DNA from: Candidatus Omnitrophota bacterium
Lineage (GTDB): Bacteria; Omnitrophota; Gorgyraeia; Tantalellales; Tantalellaceae
Direction: 5' to 3'
Assembly (NCBI GenBank): GCA_049642065.1
Contig: JBAROK010000007.1
Span: forward strand, 2,134-66,133
DNA: 64,000 nt
The translations under genes and the position numbers were made by a program. Positions 62,701 through 63,474 of the stretch are shown in pieces (the stretch's first letter is position 1; each line of letters opens with the position of its first letter). The notes below the pieces were generated by a model. The model made no database searches, was not told where the DNA came from, and worked only from the letters and a program-made list of their open reading frames with translations.

Positions 62701-63335
62701 CGTATGCCCAGGATGATCGCCGGTACCTCGTCACTGCGGTGGACAAGGCGATGGACCTGAAACTCTTGGCTAACTCTATCAGAGAAAGAAGAGAGGCTAT
62801 GGAGGTCATCGGGCGTGACTCAGACCCGGTCAAGGACATAGTGATCGTGAAGAACCAGCATATCGCTTATGACCTGGACAGAGTGCTTAAAGAAACGGAA
62901 CTCGGGGAGTACCTGAGTAAAGACGACATTATCATAGTCGGCGAGAACGAGACGCTGAACGCAGAGGACCTGCTGGGTATGGTAAATGAAAAGACCGGAT
63001 TGAGCCTGCAGCGCAGCCAGATAGCGCTCGGGGCAAAAGAAGGCGTAATAAACGTGGACATGAACAAGGCAGAAGTGCGCGAACTCTTCAGTGAAGGCAA
63101 GAAGGATAGTATGCTCCTTGTACAGATGAAGGGTGGTCTTGCCAGCCAGCTCTACAGGATGATGATAGAGATCGCGGCTAACGGTGACAAAAGAGTAGAA
63201 TGGGCAGGCGATACACTAGAGAAGGTGAAAGGCCTCAAAGTGTACACCTATCTGCCCAAGATGGAGAAGATAGATCTCGAAGCTGAGATAGAGAACTACG
63301 AGAGATACATCAGCGAGATACTAGTGAGAGCGTAA
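26706..63335 (+). CDS. Giant secreted/membrane protein of 12,208 aa, containing a signal peptide, a SecA-like ATPase, polytopic TM blocks, a coiled-coil stalk, YD repeats and a GT2 processive glycosyltransferase domain.
   Basis: 36.6 kb ORF. ATG at 26706 is preceded by GAGG (26694-26697) at ~8 nt spacing and by two promoter-like elements. N-terminal hydrophobic segment [14 protein letters not shown]..VWA. Multiple family motifs recognised (see the domain features). Stop TAA at 63333-63335. Confidence 0.9.
   Translation: [12209 protein letters not shown]
26770..26880 (+). other. N-terminal signal peptide / signal anchor of gene 2.
   Basis: Positively charged KSRHVKFIK followed by [18 protein letters not shown], with a possible AxA-like cleavage at VWA-TG. 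Confidence 0.5.
29030..29525 (+). repeat. Copy 1 of a ~160-aa domain of unknown function duplicated within gene 2.
   Basis: [16 protein letters not shown]...[23 protein letters not shown]...[31 protein letters not shown] aligns with copy 2 at 52465-53000. Confidence 0.55.
33760..36060 (+). other. SecA-like translocase ATPase motor (DEAD-like NBD1, PPXD-flank, NBD2) embedded in gene 2.
   Basis: [25 protein letters not shown] matches SecA EMkTGEGKTLvatLpa[26 protein letters not shown] matches vDEvDSiLIDEAr[37 protein letters not shown] matches iIvDEfTGRtm.GRRwsdGLHQAvEAKEgv. [16 protein letters not shown] matches atIATNMAGRGTDIvL. [31 protein letters not shown] matches GGLhvIgTERHESRRIDnQLRGRsGRQGDpG. 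Confidence 0.65.
34620..35290 (+). repeat. Tandem internal duplication of a ~70-aa SecA segment (the DEGTG...[10 protein letters not shown] region).
   Basis: Copy at ~34620-34910: [54 protein letters not shown]. Copy at ~35010-35290: [55 protein letters not shown]. Confidence 0.55.
36780..38100 (+). other. Polytopic membrane domain (~10-12 predicted TM helices) in gene 2.
   Basis: Consecutive hydrophobic segments: [138 protein letters not shown] and others. Confidence 0.55.
38600..46900 (+). other. Long alpha-helical coiled-coil / fibrous stalk region of gene 2 (roughly 2,800 aa) with internal degenerate repeats.
   Basis: Sustained E/K/R/A/L/Q-rich heptad-like sequence. Internal paralogous stretches include [27 protein letters not shown] (~39010) and [27 protein letters not shown] (~39460). 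Confidence 0.45.
46841..46890 (+). repeat. 15-nt in-frame tandem repeat (x3) encoding [15 protein letters not shown].
   Basis: gctgaggagaaaaaa / gctgaagaaaagaaa / gctgaggagaagaaa. Confidence 0.6.
49230..50760 (+). other. YD/Rhs-type repeat region.
   Basis: Repeated Y/F-x-DG-[ST] and YD..GRL-like units: [66 protein letters not shown] (classic YDxxGRLI). Confidence 0.45.
52465..53000 (+). repeat. Copy 2 of the same ~160-aa domain, immediately after a TM helix.
   Basis: [16 protein letters not shown]...[23 protein letters not shown]...[31 protein letters not shown], preceded by the TM segment [12 protein letters not shown]. Confidence 0.55.
53446..53583 (+). repeat. 69-nt in-frame direct tandem repeat (2 units).
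   Basis: ctgaagaggaaccgggaatacttgcttc... occurs at 53446 and again at 53515. Encodes [23 protein letters not shown] / [23 protein letters not shown]. Confidence 0.75.
54081..54200 (+). repeat. ~30-33-nt in-frame tandem repeat (4 units) encoding KLKAEEE(E)AA(A)A.
   Basis: aagctcaaagctgaagaggaagccgcggcagca and three variants. A related [30 protein letters not shown] block lies at 54655-54760. Confidence 0.7.
55680..57620 (+). other. Second large polytopic membrane block of gene 2 (at least 12 hydrophobic helices).
   Basis: [197 protein letters not shown]. Confidence 0.55.
58440..59960 (+). other. GT2-family processive glycosyltransferase (cellulose/chitin/PNAG-synthase-like) catalytic domain.
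   Basis: [12 protein letters not shown] (GT-A start), ETWDDGT (DDG; 58599-58610), [12 protein letters not shown] (DxD; 58895-58906), [21 protein letters not shown] (ED region; 59804-), [11 protein letters not shown] (QxxRW; 59922-59939). TM helices lie on both sides. Confidence 0.6.
60010..60390 (+). other. TM helix cluster immediately after the GT2 domain.
   Basis: [69 protein letters not shown]. Confidence 0.5.
61400..62150 (+). other. C-terminal TM helix cluster of gene 2.
   Basis: [106 protein letters not shown]. Confidence 0.5.
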
Positions 63336-63422
63336 TGAACAGGCTGCATGCCGCAGGCTCCAGGCCGGGAGCCGGAAGCCTGCGGATGGGGCCTGAAACA
63401 TAAAGGACCTTAACCCAACCTG

Positions 63423-63474
63423 AAAACGTCCTTACTCCCAGGCCTTGCCAAGCTGCCTGGGGTAGGGGCGTTTT
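63423..63474 (+). terminator. Candidate intrinsic terminator of gene 2.
   Basis: Nested hairpin: AAAACG (63423-28)/CGTTTT (63469-74) around CCCAGGC (63437-43)/GCCTGGG (63455-61), ending in a TTTT run. A separate GC-rich 9-bp hairpin lies at 63351-63385 (CCGCAGGCT/AGCCTGCGG) directly after the stop, without a U-tract. Confidence 0.4.
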